DNA from: Patescibacteria group bacterium
GTDB lineage: Bacteria; Pseudomonadota; Alphaproteobacteria; Micavibrionales; UBA2020
Length of the DNA: 64,000 bases
Assembly: GCA_035626855.1 (NCBI GenBank)
Contig: DASPMW010000109.1
Span: 895 to 64,894, forward strand
Direction: 5' to 3'
Below, piece after piece: positions 53,086 to 64,000 of the stretch. Position 1 is the first letter of the stretch; each line of letters begins with the position of its first letter. Under the pieces are notes generated by a model. It worked only from the letters and a program-made list of their open reading frames with translations. It was not told the DNA's origin and did no database searches. Both the position numbers and the translations under genes were made by a program.

Positions 53086-53284
53086 GATCATTCAGGGTCT
53101 TGCCACGCGTTTCCGGGAGGGGGACACGCTGCCCGACGGGCAGACGCTTTATGCCGCGCAGGTAACGCAGGCGGCGGCGCGCACGGTCGTCACCTATACG
53201 AACTGGTATGTGGCGGAGAGATTCCCCGATACGTCGCTGCTGAAAAATCCCGGGCTCAAAAATCCGCCGGCGCCGCGCCTTTAG
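53060..53284 (+). CDS. Hypothetical small protein (uncertain)
   Basis: 74 aa from the ATG at 53060 (MDSPFNAREIIQGLATRFREGDTLPDGQTLYAAQVTQ...). It overlaps the previous ORF by 26 nt. Confidence 0.3.
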   Translation: MDSPFNAREIIQGLATRFREGDTLPDGQTLYAAQVTQAAARTVVTYTNWYVAERFPDTSLLKNPGLKNPPAPRL

Positions 53285-53292
53285 ACAGCCTG

Positions 53293-54738
53293 TTAGCGCG
53301 TGCCCGGCTTCTTCACCCGGCTGCCGTCATTGCCCTTGCGGAAATTGTTTTTGCGGAACTGCTTTTTGTCGTCGTTGTCGTTGACGGGATTGGCCGCCCG
53401 GCGCACGCGGTCGGCGTCGCGCAGCTGGGTCGCAACGCGGTTGAAATCGGCATCGAGTTGGCGGAAGGTCGAGACCATCTCCGCCGCTTCCGGCACGGGC
53501 AGCGCCGCGATATCGGCGCGTAGGTTTCGCACCTCCTCCGATTGGTAGAAACGCAGCAGATCGAAGAAGGCGTCTTTTTCGAACGGACGCTCGAGCGACT
53601 GGGTCGTCTTGCGGTAAAGGGCAGCGACGCTATAGGTGAGGTCTTCGATGCCGGGACGCACCAGGCCGTTGACGAAGTCGCTCGCCGCCGGATCTTTGGC
53701 GACTGCGTCGTTGAACGCCTTGCGCAATCCGCCTTTTTTCTGCCGCGCCTGCGCATCGGCAAGTTCGGCGACGGTGGTTTTTTCCGCCTCCGCCGCGTCT
53801 ATGAAGTCACGCACGACCGCGCGCACGGGCGCCAAGCGCTTGAGCTCCGCGATTTCCTGGGTCATCGTCGATGCGACATACTGCGCGTGATAGATGACCA
53901 GCGGCTTTTTCTGCAGGCCCTCGAGCGGGCTGCCCTTGGGCTGCGGCTGCGCGACGAAGCCGTGATGCTGCTCGTTGCGCTCGGGCACCATCATCAGGAT
54001 CCATTTGCCCTTCTGGAAGGGCATGTCGCTTGCCACCTGAAGGTCGTTCAGCTTGTTTTTGTATTCATGCACCTGCTCGGGCAGCAGCACGAAGTTGCCG
54101 AGGTGATTGACGTCGTAAGTAACGCGGTTGCCGTTATCCGGATCAGGGGAGCGCGTCTTGCCCATCATGCCGGAGCCCGCGCGCTCGACGATATGATCGA
54201 CGTTGAGCCGGTAATACGTGCCCTTGCCGTCGGACGGATCGAGGCCGCCCTTCATCCGCTCGATGCCGGCATCGGGAATGCCCAGCGCGCGCAGGTCGTC
54301 GGCGTAATTTTCGCCGAGGAATTTCAGGAAGCGCGGGCGGACGCTGTAGGAATATTCCTGCTTGATGGCGTTGTTTTCATCGGTCGTGATGCGGGAATAA
54401 AACGTGGGTACCAGCTTGAAGCCGTGCGGGACGTCGTTCAGCAGATCCTCGAACATCTGCTGGTTTTCCGTCGCCTGCTTCACATCCTTGCGGCGCTGTT
54501 CGATGGTGCGCTCGTTCTCGGGGTCGGCGGCGTCAAGCCAAGCCTGCGCGGCGAGGACTTCCTTTGAAAGGCGGAGACGGGTTTTCTCGATAAGGTCGTC
54601 GGCGGTGGGGGCGGGAGGAATGGGCGTTTTTTGTTCGCCGAAACCCGGCGCGCCTGTGATCTGGGTTATCGTGTCGGCTGAAACGCGTTTCGCCAAATCC
54701 CGTACTCCCGTAACTACATTTATGTAAGTAGTGAGCAC
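53293..54738 (-). CDS. Orphan 481-aa protein with HNH/His-Me-finger-like motif and basic C-terminal tail
   Basis: YRLNVDHIVERAGSG...NRVTYDVNHLGNFVLLPEQVHEYKNKL follows the DH...N...N..LL...H layout without zinc Cys. It has a long helical C-terminal half and the tail KKQFRKNNFRKGNDGSRVKKPGTR. Only a GTG start is available at 54738, so the start is uncertain. Confidence 0.5.
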   Translation of the reverse strand: MLTTYINVVTGVRDLAKRVSADTITQITGAPGFGEQKTPIPPAPTADDLIEKTRLRLSKEVLAAQAWLDAADPENERTIEQRRKDVKQATENQQMFEDLLNDVPHGFKLVPTFYSRITTDENNAIKQEYSYSVRPRFLKFLGENYADDLRALGIPDAGIERMKGGLDPSDGKGTYYRLNVDHIVERAGSGMMGKTRSPDPDNGNRVTYDVNHLGNFVLLPEQVHEYKNKLNDLQVASDMPFQKGKWILMMVPERNEQHHGFVAQPQPKGSPLEGLQKKPLVIYHAQYVASTMTQEIAELKRLAPVRAVVRDFIDAAEAEKTTVAELADAQARQKKGGLRKAFNDAVAKDPAASDFVNGLVRPGIEDLTYSVAALYRKTTQSLERPFEKDAFFDLLRFYQSEEVRNLRADIAALPVPEAAEMVSTFRQLDADFNRVATQLRDADRVRRAANPVNDNDDKKQFRKNNFRKGNDGSRVKKPGTR

Positions 54739-54900
54739 AACATATCAGGCTTTCCGGTAAATTCAATCTGGAAATGAACGAATGTCCATGTATAAGCGTG
54801 GAAAAACGCTGTCACTTAAAGTTTTTTGCGCGAAGCATTCTCAACTGGCGCTTGTTGCAGGGCAACAGAAGCCGCTTTAGTGGGGTCGGCGATTCGGAAG

Positions 54901-55587
54901 TCAGCCGAAGGTTTTTTCCCAGTTCGCTTTCAGCCCCTTGTCCACGTCCTGCATCGACACCTTCACGCCAAGCCTGGCGAGCGACGTGACGCCATGTTCG
55001 GTGATGCCGCAGGGAACGATGCCGTTGTAATGCGAGAGATCGGGATTCACATTGAGCGCAATGCCGTGATAGCTGACCCATTTTCGTACGCGCACGCCGA
55101 TGGCCGCGATTTTTGCCTCGCCCTTCCCGCCGTGCTTTTTCATGTCGATCCAGACGCCGATGCGCCCCTCGCGCCGCTCGCCCGCGATATCCCATGTCTG
55201 CAGCGTATCGATCATCCAGCCTTCGAGCTTGTGGATGTAGTCGCGCAGGTCGGGGTTGCGTTTTTGCAGGTCGAGCATGGCATAGGCGATACGCTGGCCG
55301 GGGCCGTGATAGGTGTATTCGCCGCCGCGGCCCGCGCTGTAAACCGGGAAGCGCGGGTTGAGCAGGTCGGAGGGTTTCGCGCTGGTGCCCGCCGTGTAAA
55401 CCGGCGGATGCTCGAGCAGCCAGACATATTCATTTTCCGCCTTGTCGCGGATGAGCGCAGCCTTCGCCTCCATGAATGCGAGTGCGCGGTCATAAGGAAC
55501 AGGGCGGTCTTCCGACTGCCAGTCCACCTTGTAGACGGGCTTTTTAGGTGTGGCGCTTTTGGTCGCCGCTTTTTGCGCGAGGGCCAT
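54901..55587 (-). CDS. lipB: Lipoyl(octanoyl) transferase
   Basis: WLLEHPPVYTAGTSAK, RGGEYTYHGPGQRIAYAMLDL, and KIAAIGVRVRKWVSYHGIALNV (catalytic Lys context). I chose the ATG at 55587; the ORF extends to 55668. Confidence 0.88.
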   Translation of the reverse strand: MALAQKAATKSATPKKPVYKVDWQSEDRPVPYDRALAFMEAKAALIRDKAENEYVWLLEHPPVYTAGTSAKPSDLLNPRFPVYSAGRGGEYTYHGPGQRIAYAMLDLQKRNPDLRDYIHKLEGWMIDTLQTWDIAGERREGRIGVWIDMKKHGGKGEAKIAAIGVRVRKWVSYHGIALNVNPDLSHYNGIVPCGITEHGVTSLARLGVKVSMQDVDKGLKANWEKTFG

Positions 55588-55766
55588 CTGAAAATCGCTT
55601 TCCGTGCTGAAATAGAATGCGGGTAACATAATCCACGGGCGGAAAACGGGGAAGCCCCCTTGACTCATCGAGCGGGGGTATTTAGAAAAATAAGGTATCT
55701 TTTCGGTAAATTATTGGTTTTTTACAATATTCTGTAAAGCCACAGGCCCGCGACGGAGGAATTGCC

Positions 55767-56309
55767 ATGTTCAGGAAGATGTTCAATCGCGCCGCCGATT
55801 CTTTCGACCAGGTCGACCAGATGGTGACCCGCAAGCTGCCGATCCCGGATCTCGAGAATACCGACAAGAACATCCAGTTCACCGCGACGCGCGACAAGCT
55901 GGGCCACTGGACCATCACGAGCAAGCACAACCTCCGCAACGTGACCTACGGCCTGCAGCAGGTGAGCCATGCCTTCACCGCCGCTGTTGAAAAACATACG
56001 GGCCGCAAGCCGGGCGACGATCTGGAGATGAATTTCGATTCCGCCTTCCTGATCCTCAAGGACATGGAAGAATCATTGCTGAAATACCGCGCGACCGCAG
56101 CCGGCGAAGAGCCGAAGCACCATTACATGGCGGCTTACCGCCTGCTGCCGGAGAAATTCCGCGAAGGCCTCGACGACCTGTTCTTCAACCGCACGGAGAA
56201 AAAAGGCCAGATTTTGCCTTCAAAAGCGCAGAATGCGGCCGCGCAGCCGGCTTCGCGCCACCAGAACCCGCCCAAACCGGGTCCGGTCAATCCCGGCCGC
56301 CCGAACTAA
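55767..56309 (+). CDS. Hypothetical protein (orphan) with Pro-rich C-terminus
   Basis: 180 aa, coding-like, ending QNPPKPGPVNPGRPN. No recognisable family; it lies next to tRNA-Leu. Confidence 0.5.
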   Translation: MFRKMFNRAADSFDQVDQMVTRKLPIPDLENTDKNIQFTATRDKLGHWTITSKHNLRNVTYGLQQVSHAFTAAVEKHTGRKPGDDLEMNFDSAFLILKDMEESLLKYRATAAGEEPKHHYMAAYRLLPEKFREGLDDLFFNRTEKKGQILPSKAQNAAAQPASRHQNPPKPGPVNPGRPN

Positions 56310-56380
56310 GCCCGGAATCCTTGCACTTGACGGTCGCAGGCACTATCTGATATTGCAATACGGTAATTTGGTTTACCTAC

Positions 56381-56465
56381 GCGGTCGTGGCGGAATTGGT
56401 AGACGCACTACCTTGAGGTGGTAGCGGGGCGACCCGTGAAAGTTCGAGTCTTTTCGACCGCACCA
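56381..56465 (+). tRNA. tRNA-Leu (anticodon GAG)
   Basis: GCGGTCG...CGACCGCACCA acceptor; anticodon arm CTACC-TTGAGGT-GGTAG; long variable arm; GTTCGAGTC T-loop. Confidence 0.9.
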
Positions 56466-56467
56466 TT

Positions 56468-56511
56468 ATCCCCCTTGGCGCTGCTTCGGCAGCCCGGGGG
56501 GATTTTCTTTT
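56468..56511 (+). terminator. Intrinsic terminator after tRNA-Leu
   Basis: TCCCCC..GCTGC-TTCG-GCAGC..GGGGGA composite hairpin followed by TTTTCTTTT. Confidence 0.55.
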
Positions 56512-56624
56512 CGGGGCTCGATTGCGGCGACCACAGCCGCTCCATTTGAATCCCTTTCTTATCAAAACCATGCTAACCTTTCTTGGGTCGGCATTCGCCG
56601 TTACCGGTCCCCCGGAGTTCGAAA

Positions 56625-58979
<2,355 letters not shown>

Positions 58980-58990
58980 AGCCGCACGCG

Positions 58991-60418
58991 ATGGAAGAGG
59001 AAGATAAAAAACCCGACCTGCACCTCGACCCGCTTCCGCCGCCGGACAGCGATGAAGATGATGACGACGAACACCAGGTCGGCTTGTCCGACGATTTCAT
59101 CGCCGAGATTCGCGAGCTGCTGGACCAGAGCTATACGGACCGCATCCAGGAGCTTTGCCGCGACCTGTCAGCACCCGATGCAGCCGAGCTGCTGACCAAG
59201 GTGTCTGCCGCCGAGCGCCGTCAGCTAGCGGAAATTCTGGAAGAAGACATTCCGCCCGAAACCTTTTCCTACCTCGATCACGAGATGATGAACGACCTGC
59301 TGGAAAGCATGTCGGGCGCGCATGTCGCGGCGATCGTCAACGAGCTGGAATCGGACGATGCGCTGCGCATGATCGACGATCTTGACGAGGAGCGGCGGCA
59401 CGAAATCATGCGCCACCTGTCGCGTAAGATGCGCGCGGCGGTCGAAGAAGGCCTGACATTCCCCGAAGATTCGGCAGGGCGGATGATGCAGCGCGAATTC
59501 GTCGCCATTCCGCAGTTTTGGACCGTCGGCAAGATCGTCGATTACCTGCGCGCGGCCGCCGACGCGCTGCCGGACAAATTCTACGATATCTTCATCGTCG
59601 ATCCCATGCACCGCTTCGTCGGCGCGGTCACGCTGTCTTCCGTCCTCTGCGCCCAGCGCCCCGTGAAGGTCGATACATTGGTCAGCGAAGAGCATGTGAC
59701 GATCCCGGTCGACATGGATCGGGAGCAGGTTGCCTTCCAGTTCCGGCGGAAGGACCTGCTGTCGGCGCCCGTCGTCGACGGCGACAATCGGCTGATCGGC
59801 GTGATCACCGTTGACGATATCGTCGACGTTATCGACGAAGTGGCGCAGGAAGACTTCCTGAAGCTCGGGGGCGTGAGCGACAGCGACATCAACCGCTCCG
59901 CCGTCTCGACCGCCAAGGCGCGCTCCAGCTGGCTGTTCATCAACCTGTTCACTGCCTTTCTTGCCTCCTTCGTCATCGGTATGTTCGAGGCCTCAATCGA
60001 AAAGGTCGTCGCGCTCGCGGTGCTCATGCCGATCGTCGCCTCGATGGGGGGCAATGCGGGCACGCAGGCGCTTGCCGTCCTTGTGCGGGCGCTTGCGACA
60101 AAGGAAGTTTCGGCCGCCAACGCGTGGCGCGTGGTGGGCAAGGAATGCCTCGTCGGCCTTCTGAACGGCATCGCCTTTGCCCTGGTTCTTGGCGCCGCGG
60201 TCGCCTGGTGGTATAGCGACCCGAAACTGGGCGCGGTCATCGCGGCGGCAATGGTCCTCAACCTGTTTGCCGCAGGCCTGTTTGGCGCGCTGATTCCGGT
60301 CGCGCTGGCGCGGTTCGGCATGGATCCTGCGCCGTCCTCCGGCGTCCTCCTGACCACGGTCACGGATGTCGTGGGTTTTCTGGCCTTCCTTGGCCTCGCG
60401 ACCTTTTTTCTACTGTAG
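58991..60418 (+). CDS. mgtE: Magnesium transporter MgtE
   Basis: 475 aa with an acidic N-terminus, the MgtE N-domain, a CBS pair, and a TM domain carrying MPIVASMGGNAGTQ and SGVLLTTVTDVVGF. Confidence 0.95.
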   Translation: MEEEDKKPDLHLDPLPPPDSDEDDDDEHQVGLSDDFIAEIRELLDQSYTDRIQELCRDLSAPDAAELLTKVSAAERRQLAEILEEDIPPETFSYLDHEMMNDLLESMSGAHVAAIVNELESDDALRMIDDLDEERRHEIMRHLSRKMRAAVEEGLTFPEDSAGRMMQREFVAIPQFWTVGKIVDYLRAAADALPDKFYDIFIVDPMHRFVGAVTLSSVLCAQRPVKVDTLVSEEHVTIPVDMDREQVAFQFRRKDLLSAPVVDGDNRLIGVITVDDIVDVIDEVAQEDFLKLGGVSDSDINRSAVSTAKARSSWLFINLFTAFLASFVIGMFEASIEKVVALAVLMPIVASMGGNAGTQALAVLVRALATKEVSAANAWRVVGKECLVGLLNGIAFALVLGAAVAWWYSDPKLGAVIAAAMVLNLFAAGLFGALIPVALARFGMDPAPSSGVLLTTVTDVVGFLAFLGLATFFLL

Positions 60419-60460
60419 AATCAATTTGCATAACAGGTTTCGGCGCCCTATAGTTTTGCG

Positions 60461-60868
60461 ATGCAAGACGACGCCAAAACCTTCCTGATGTTCTGCGAGA
60501 ACAATGATGCCGCAATGATGGCGCTATGCCTGCGTGAAAATCCCGCACTTGTTGACGTTAAGGATTCGCACGGTACCCCTGCCCTTCACAAGGCGGTCGA
60601 GATCGCCGGCATCGAGGCCGTTGAAGTGCTGCTCAAAAATAACGTGGATACGCGGGCGACGGATGAATTCAACCGCACCGCCGCCGATCTGGCCCGGTTG
60701 CTGAACTTCACGCAGATCGCGCTGATGATCGACACGGTCGAGCGCGTAAAGGCAAAGGAAGGCGACAAGCACGCTTTTCGCGCCGAGTTCGAGCAGGCGA
60801 TCCGCGGCTTTGAAAAGGGCAACGCCTCGATGACAGTGCCGAGGCACAAATACCGCTGGAAAAAGTGA
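60461..60868 (+). CDS. Small ankyrin-repeat protein
   Basis: 135 aa. DSHGTPALHKAVEIAGIEAVEVLLKNNVDTRATDEFNRTAADLA is an ANK-repeat consensus pattern (about two repeats). The C-terminus is basic: PRHKYRWKK. Confidence 0.7.
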   Translation: MQDDAKTFLMFCENNDAAMMALCLRENPALVDVKDSHGTPALHKAVEIAGIEAVEVLLKNNVDTRATDEFNRTAADLARLLNFTQIALMIDTVERVKAKEGDKHAFRAEFEQAIRGFEKGNASMTVPRHKYRWKK

Positions 60869-60937
60869 TTCCGTAAATAACCTTGCCTGTCGCGCCTCCG
60901 CGCCGATTTGGCTAAGGTATCGCGAAGGAGCAAAACC

Positions 60938-62161
60938 ATGACGCAGCCCGCAAGAAAAGAGTCTTCCATGTCCAAGGAAAGCTACACCGCCCAAGCGCTC
61001 GACTACCCGTCGCTGAAATTCCAGCTGGGCGAGCATGCCGATATGCTGCGCGAAGCGGTGCGGAATTTCGCGCAGGGCGAACTCGCCCCAATCGCCGCGC
61101 AAGTAGATCATGACAATGAATTCCCGAACCACCTCTGGCCGAAATTCGGCGAGCTGGGCCTGCTTGGCATCACGGTCGAGGAAGAATATGGCGGCTCCGC
61201 CATGGGCTATATCGAGCATATCATCGCGATGGAGGAAATCTCCCGCGCTTCTGCTTCGATCGGCCTTTCCTACGGGGCATTTTCGAACCTCTGCGTCAAC
61301 CAGATCCGCCTGAACGGCACCGAAGCCCAGAAGAAAAAATACCTGCCCGACCTCTGCGCGGGCCGCAAGATCGGCGCGCTCGCGATGAGCGAGCCTGGCG
61401 CCGGTTCCGACGTCGTATCCATGAAACTGAAGGCCGAGAAAAAAGGCGACCACTACGTGCTGAATGGCACGAAAATGTGGATCACCAACGGGCCCGACGC
61501 ACATACGCTCGTCGTCTATGCCAAGACCGACGTGAATGCCGGCTCCAAAGGAATGACCGCCTTCATCATCGAAAAAGGCTTCAAGGGCTTTTCGACGGCG
61601 CAGAAGCTCGACAAGCTGGGCATGCGGGGTTCCAACACCTGCGAGCTTGTTTTCCAGGACTGCGAAGTGCCGGAGGAAAACGTGCTGAATGCTGTCGGCA
61701 AGGGCGTCAACGTGCTGATGAGCGGGCTCGATTACGAGCGCGCGGTGCTCGCGGGCGGGCCGCTTGGCATCATGCAGGCCTGCATGGACGTCGTGCTGCC
61801 CTATGTGCATGAGCGCAAGCAGTTCGGCCAGAGCATCGGTGAATTCCAGCTGATGCAGGGCAAGATCGCCGATATGTATGTCGCGCTGAATACCGCGCGC
61901 GCCTATGTGTATGCCGTCGGCCAGGCTTGCGACCGCAAGGAAGTGACGCGCAAGGACGCGGCGGGCGCGATTCTTTATTCCGCCGAGAAGGCGACGTGGA
62001 TGGCGCTGGAGGCAATCCAGGCCTTGGGCGGCAACGGCTATATCAACGATTACCCGACCGGCCGCCTGCTGCGCGACGCCAAGCTCTATGAAATCGGCGC
62101 GGGCACCAGCGAGATCAGGCGCATGCTGATCGGCCGCGAGTTGTTCAAAGAGACGACGTGA
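60938..62161 (+). CDS. ivd: Isovaleryl-CoA dehydrogenase (acyl-CoA dehydrogenase family)
   Basis: [24 protein letters not shown], and [35 protein letters not shown]. The ATG at 60938 has GAAGGAG 7 nt upstream. Confidence 0.9.
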   Translation: MTQPARKESSMSKESYTAQALDYPSLKFQLGEHADMLREAVRNFAQGELAPIAAQVDHDNEFPNHLWPKFGELGLLGITVEEEYGGSAMGYIEHIIAMEEISRASASIGLSYGAFSNLCVNQIRLNGTEAQKKKYLPDLCAGRKIGALAMSEPGAGSDVVSMKLKAEKKGDHYVLNGTKMWITNGPDAHTLVVYAKTDVNAGSKGMTAFIIEKGFKGFSTAQKLDKLGMRGSNTCELVFQDCEVPEENVLNAVGKGVNVLMSGLDYERAVLAGGPLGIMQACMDVVLPYVHERKQFGQSIGEFQLMQGKIADMYVALNTARAYVYAVGQACDRKEVTRKDAAGAILYSAEKATWMALEAIQALGGNGYINDYPTGRLLRDAKLYEIGAGTSEIRRMLIGRELFKETT

Positions 62162-62799
62162 CGGCGCGGGCGATCATCGCGGCTGTCGTTGTTGCCGCCC
62201 TGCTTGCGGGCGGAGCTTTTTTTTGGCATCGCCGCGTTGCGCCGACCGAACAAGCGGTTCAGCCTCCGCCGCAGCCCGCCGCGCCGGTTGCCGAAACCGT
62301 CCCCTTGCCGGCCCCCAGATTGTGGAAGCTCACCACCGAAGTCGGCTGCCTGGCGGCGGAGGCATTCCGGTACGAACAGGCGGATGCGAAACTGTTCGGC
62401 CACTGGAAACCTATCGGCGTACTGGTCGCCAATCAATGCGCGGAGCCGCGGGTTTTCACCGATATCAAGACGTCGATGACCGCGCGGGAATATGTTTCAT
62501 CTCATCTGCCGCAGCGCGTCGTTTTGCTGAAGGACGCGGCGGCGCGGGTTGTTTCGCTGTCCCGCGGTGGCAGGATCTGCACGAGCGGCGAACCGCTGCC
62601 GGAAGCCTGCCGCGAAGTGCCGGTTGCGCCGGGCGAACAGATCTTCTTCGAGGTTGCCGACCAGACCTGGTTTTCGCTGCGTCTTGCCGGCGACAAACGC
62701 ATAGAAGGCTTTTTCGGCTTTCCCCAGGATCCGACCAAGCCGCGGCCCATCTCGAAAATGCCCGAAATGGGTTTTGGCCTGGAATCGAAGAAACGCTAA
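62158..62799 (+). CDS. Hypothetical membrane-anchored/exported protein
   Basis: 213 aa with a GTG start overlapping the ivd stop (GTGA). It has an N-terminal TM ([19 protein letters not shown]), a Pro-rich linker and four Cys. Confidence 0.5.
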   Translation: MTARAIIAAVVVAALLAGGAFFWHRRVAPTEQAVQPPPQPAAPVAETVPLPAPRLWKLTTEVGCLAAEAFRYEQADAKLFGHWKPIGVLVANQCAEPRVFTDIKTSMTAREYVSSHLPQRVVLLKDAAARVVSLSRGGRICTSGEPLPEACREVPVAPGEQIFFEVADQTWFSLRLAGDKRIEGFFGFPQDPTKPRPISKMPEMGFGLESKKR

Positions 62800-63839
62800 A
62801 GACCGACGCTGTTGCGCAGTCGCCGGAAATAACCGGGTGACTTGGGCTTCGCGTGGCGCGCAGCCGCCGAATTAAAGCGCGCCGAAAGCCCCGTTGTGCG
62901 ATCGATGATCTCGTTGCGCGCCTGTTTGAATTCGGATTGGCTTAAGTCCTTTGCGCGCTGCACCGTGTCTTCAATGAGCGCGAGCGTCTCCTGCGCTTCG
63001 CGCGGCTGTTCACAGAAAAATTTGCGGGCAAGCGCGCTGACGGAAGGAGCCGGGTCATCGCGGTGCAGATAGGTATCGAGCAGACGATCGGTTGGCAGGA
63101 ATTTAGGGGCCACACCCTCGCGCTTCACGAGCTTGCGGAATTTCTCGGCCGTCGCAGCCCTTTGGAAAATATTGCGATGGCGCTCGAAGTATTTCGCGCT
63201 GTAGCGCGGCAGCCCCTCGCGCATCATTTCCGTGAAAAGGGCACGGGCAAAATGGCGGTCGTCGCTAAAATCCGGCGGCTGGTTCTTTTTCAGGAACTCG
63301 CGGATACAATCCATGGCGGGGCCGTCGCGGCTCAGCATGGCCTCAAGATATTCCGGGCGCCCTCCCCGCGCCTGCTGAACCGCCATAACAGTCTGCGCGG
63401 TGAATGCATCCGCCTCGATCATCAGCCCGATCACATGTTCCGCGCGGGCGTTGTGGAGCTTGCCGGCCCGGCCCGCCATATCGCCGCGATCGATATGCTG
63501 CTGCATGTGCCGCAGCTCGTGCCAGAGCGTTGTCGTCATCCGCGCGATATCGCCACGATTCGCCACGCGTATGAACACGCCCGCGGGCCCTCGGGAGAAA
63601 CGTCCCTGCACGTCGTCGATGCTCGCGGGATTGACGACGAGGATCTTCACCTTGTGCTGTTGCGCAAGGTTCAGCAGTTCAGCGCCGCCCGGAATTGCCG
63701 CGACCCGGTCCATGATTTCGGCCCGGGCATCGCTATGCGCGCCGTGGCGCAGCTGCACATAGCGGTCGTCAACGGCGAGTTTCAGGCGCTGGACGCGGGC
63801 CTTCGCATCCTGCAGCCACGGCTTGCGCGGAGCAGTCAC
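62796..63839 (-). CDS. Orphan protein with HExxH (gluzincin-like) metalloprotease motif
   Basis: 347 aa. TTTLWHELRHMQQH is followed 30 residues later by MIEADAF (a possible third-ligand Glu). The C-terminus is basic, [21 protein letters not shown]. The start is GTG at 63839; the first internal ATG is 42 codons further in. Confidence 0.5.
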   Translation of the reverse strand: MTAPRKPWLQDAKARVQRLKLAVDDRYVQLRHGAHSDARAEIMDRVAAIPGGAELLNLAQQHKVKILVVNPASIDDVQGRFSRGPAGVFIRVANRGDIARMTTTLWHELRHMQQHIDRGDMAGRAGKLHNARAEHVIGLMIEADAFTAQTVMAVQQARGGRPEYLEAMLSRDGPAMDCIREFLKKNQPPDFSDDRHFARALFTEMMREGLPRYSAKYFERHRNIFQRAATAEKFRKLVKREGVAPKFLPTDRLLDTYLHRDDPAPSVSALARKFFCEQPREAQETLALIEDTVQRAKDLSQSEFKQARNEIIDRTTGLSARFNSAAARHAKPKSPGYFRRLRNSVGL

Positions 63840-63902
63840 GGTTTTTCCATCTGTTGTATGACAACAGCCTAGTCGCGGGGCGGCGGAGAATCAAGACGGC
63901 GA

Positions 63903-64000
63903 ATCACGCCTTTTTGGGCAGGGCCTGCGCGGAAACCCCGAGCGCGGTGACAGCCTGCTGCACGATATGCGCGGCATTCAGTTCCGCCTGCTCATATTGC
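63903..64000 (-). CDS. 3' end of an unidentified gene entering from the right edge
   Basis: Manual reverse translation gives ...QYEQAELNAAHIVQQAVTALGVSAQALPKKA* with the stop at 63903-63905. It is too short to identify. Confidence 0.3.

Overview
This is a high-GC (by eye about 60% G+C, not computed), densely coding chromosomal segment of alphaproteobacterial type. Most of it is housekeeping: pmbA (partial), a REC-degenerate-GGDEF regulator, rnd, the conserved kdsD-lptC-lptA-lptB-rpoN-hpf-ptsN block, and hsp20-DUF1150 with a ROSE-like RNA thermometer. It continues with a cysS operon, a dihydroorotase-family amidohydrolase, a membrane GGDEF-EAL protein, aroA-cmk-rpsA, leuA, Trm112/LON-N/thioredoxin-TPR/ProX, an M20 amidohydrolase, fadN-thiolase, TerC, a nucleotide-sugar dehydrogenase, lipB, maeB-mgtE and ivd. 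There are three tRNAs (Leu-CAG, Gly-GCC, Leu-GAG). I saw no rRNA, CRISPR array, transposase or integrase. Orphan genes with no family I can recognise are scattered through this backbone. The most unusual locus is about 22.4-27.7 kb. On the minus strand it encodes a polytopic Gly/Ala-rich membrane protein, a 62-aa protein, and four translationally coupled (ATGA-overlap) paralogous small proteins that share a central (Q/A)KGSYG-type motif and a C-terminal [AG]PxTAxF + Arg tail. It faces a 469-aa orphan protein with a related C-terminal motif, across a tandem pair of about 130-bp repeats that look like two paralogous terminator-ended small RNAs, one stem showing a compensatory base change. Other items of note are listed here.
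- Three AT-rich single-gene inserts tightly coupled into housekeeping operons; one encodes a membrane-anchored protein with a PD-(D/E)xK-like motif.
- A 1484-aa all-RTX protein with no type I secretion genes nearby.
- An orphan three-gene cluster containing a split zinc ribbon with a hydrophobic insert and a DxD-motif protein.
- An HNH-like 481-aa protein, an HExxH protein and a small ankyrin-repeat protein, several with basic C-terminal tails.
All functional readings of the orphan genes are inference from motifs read by eye. No database search was possible.
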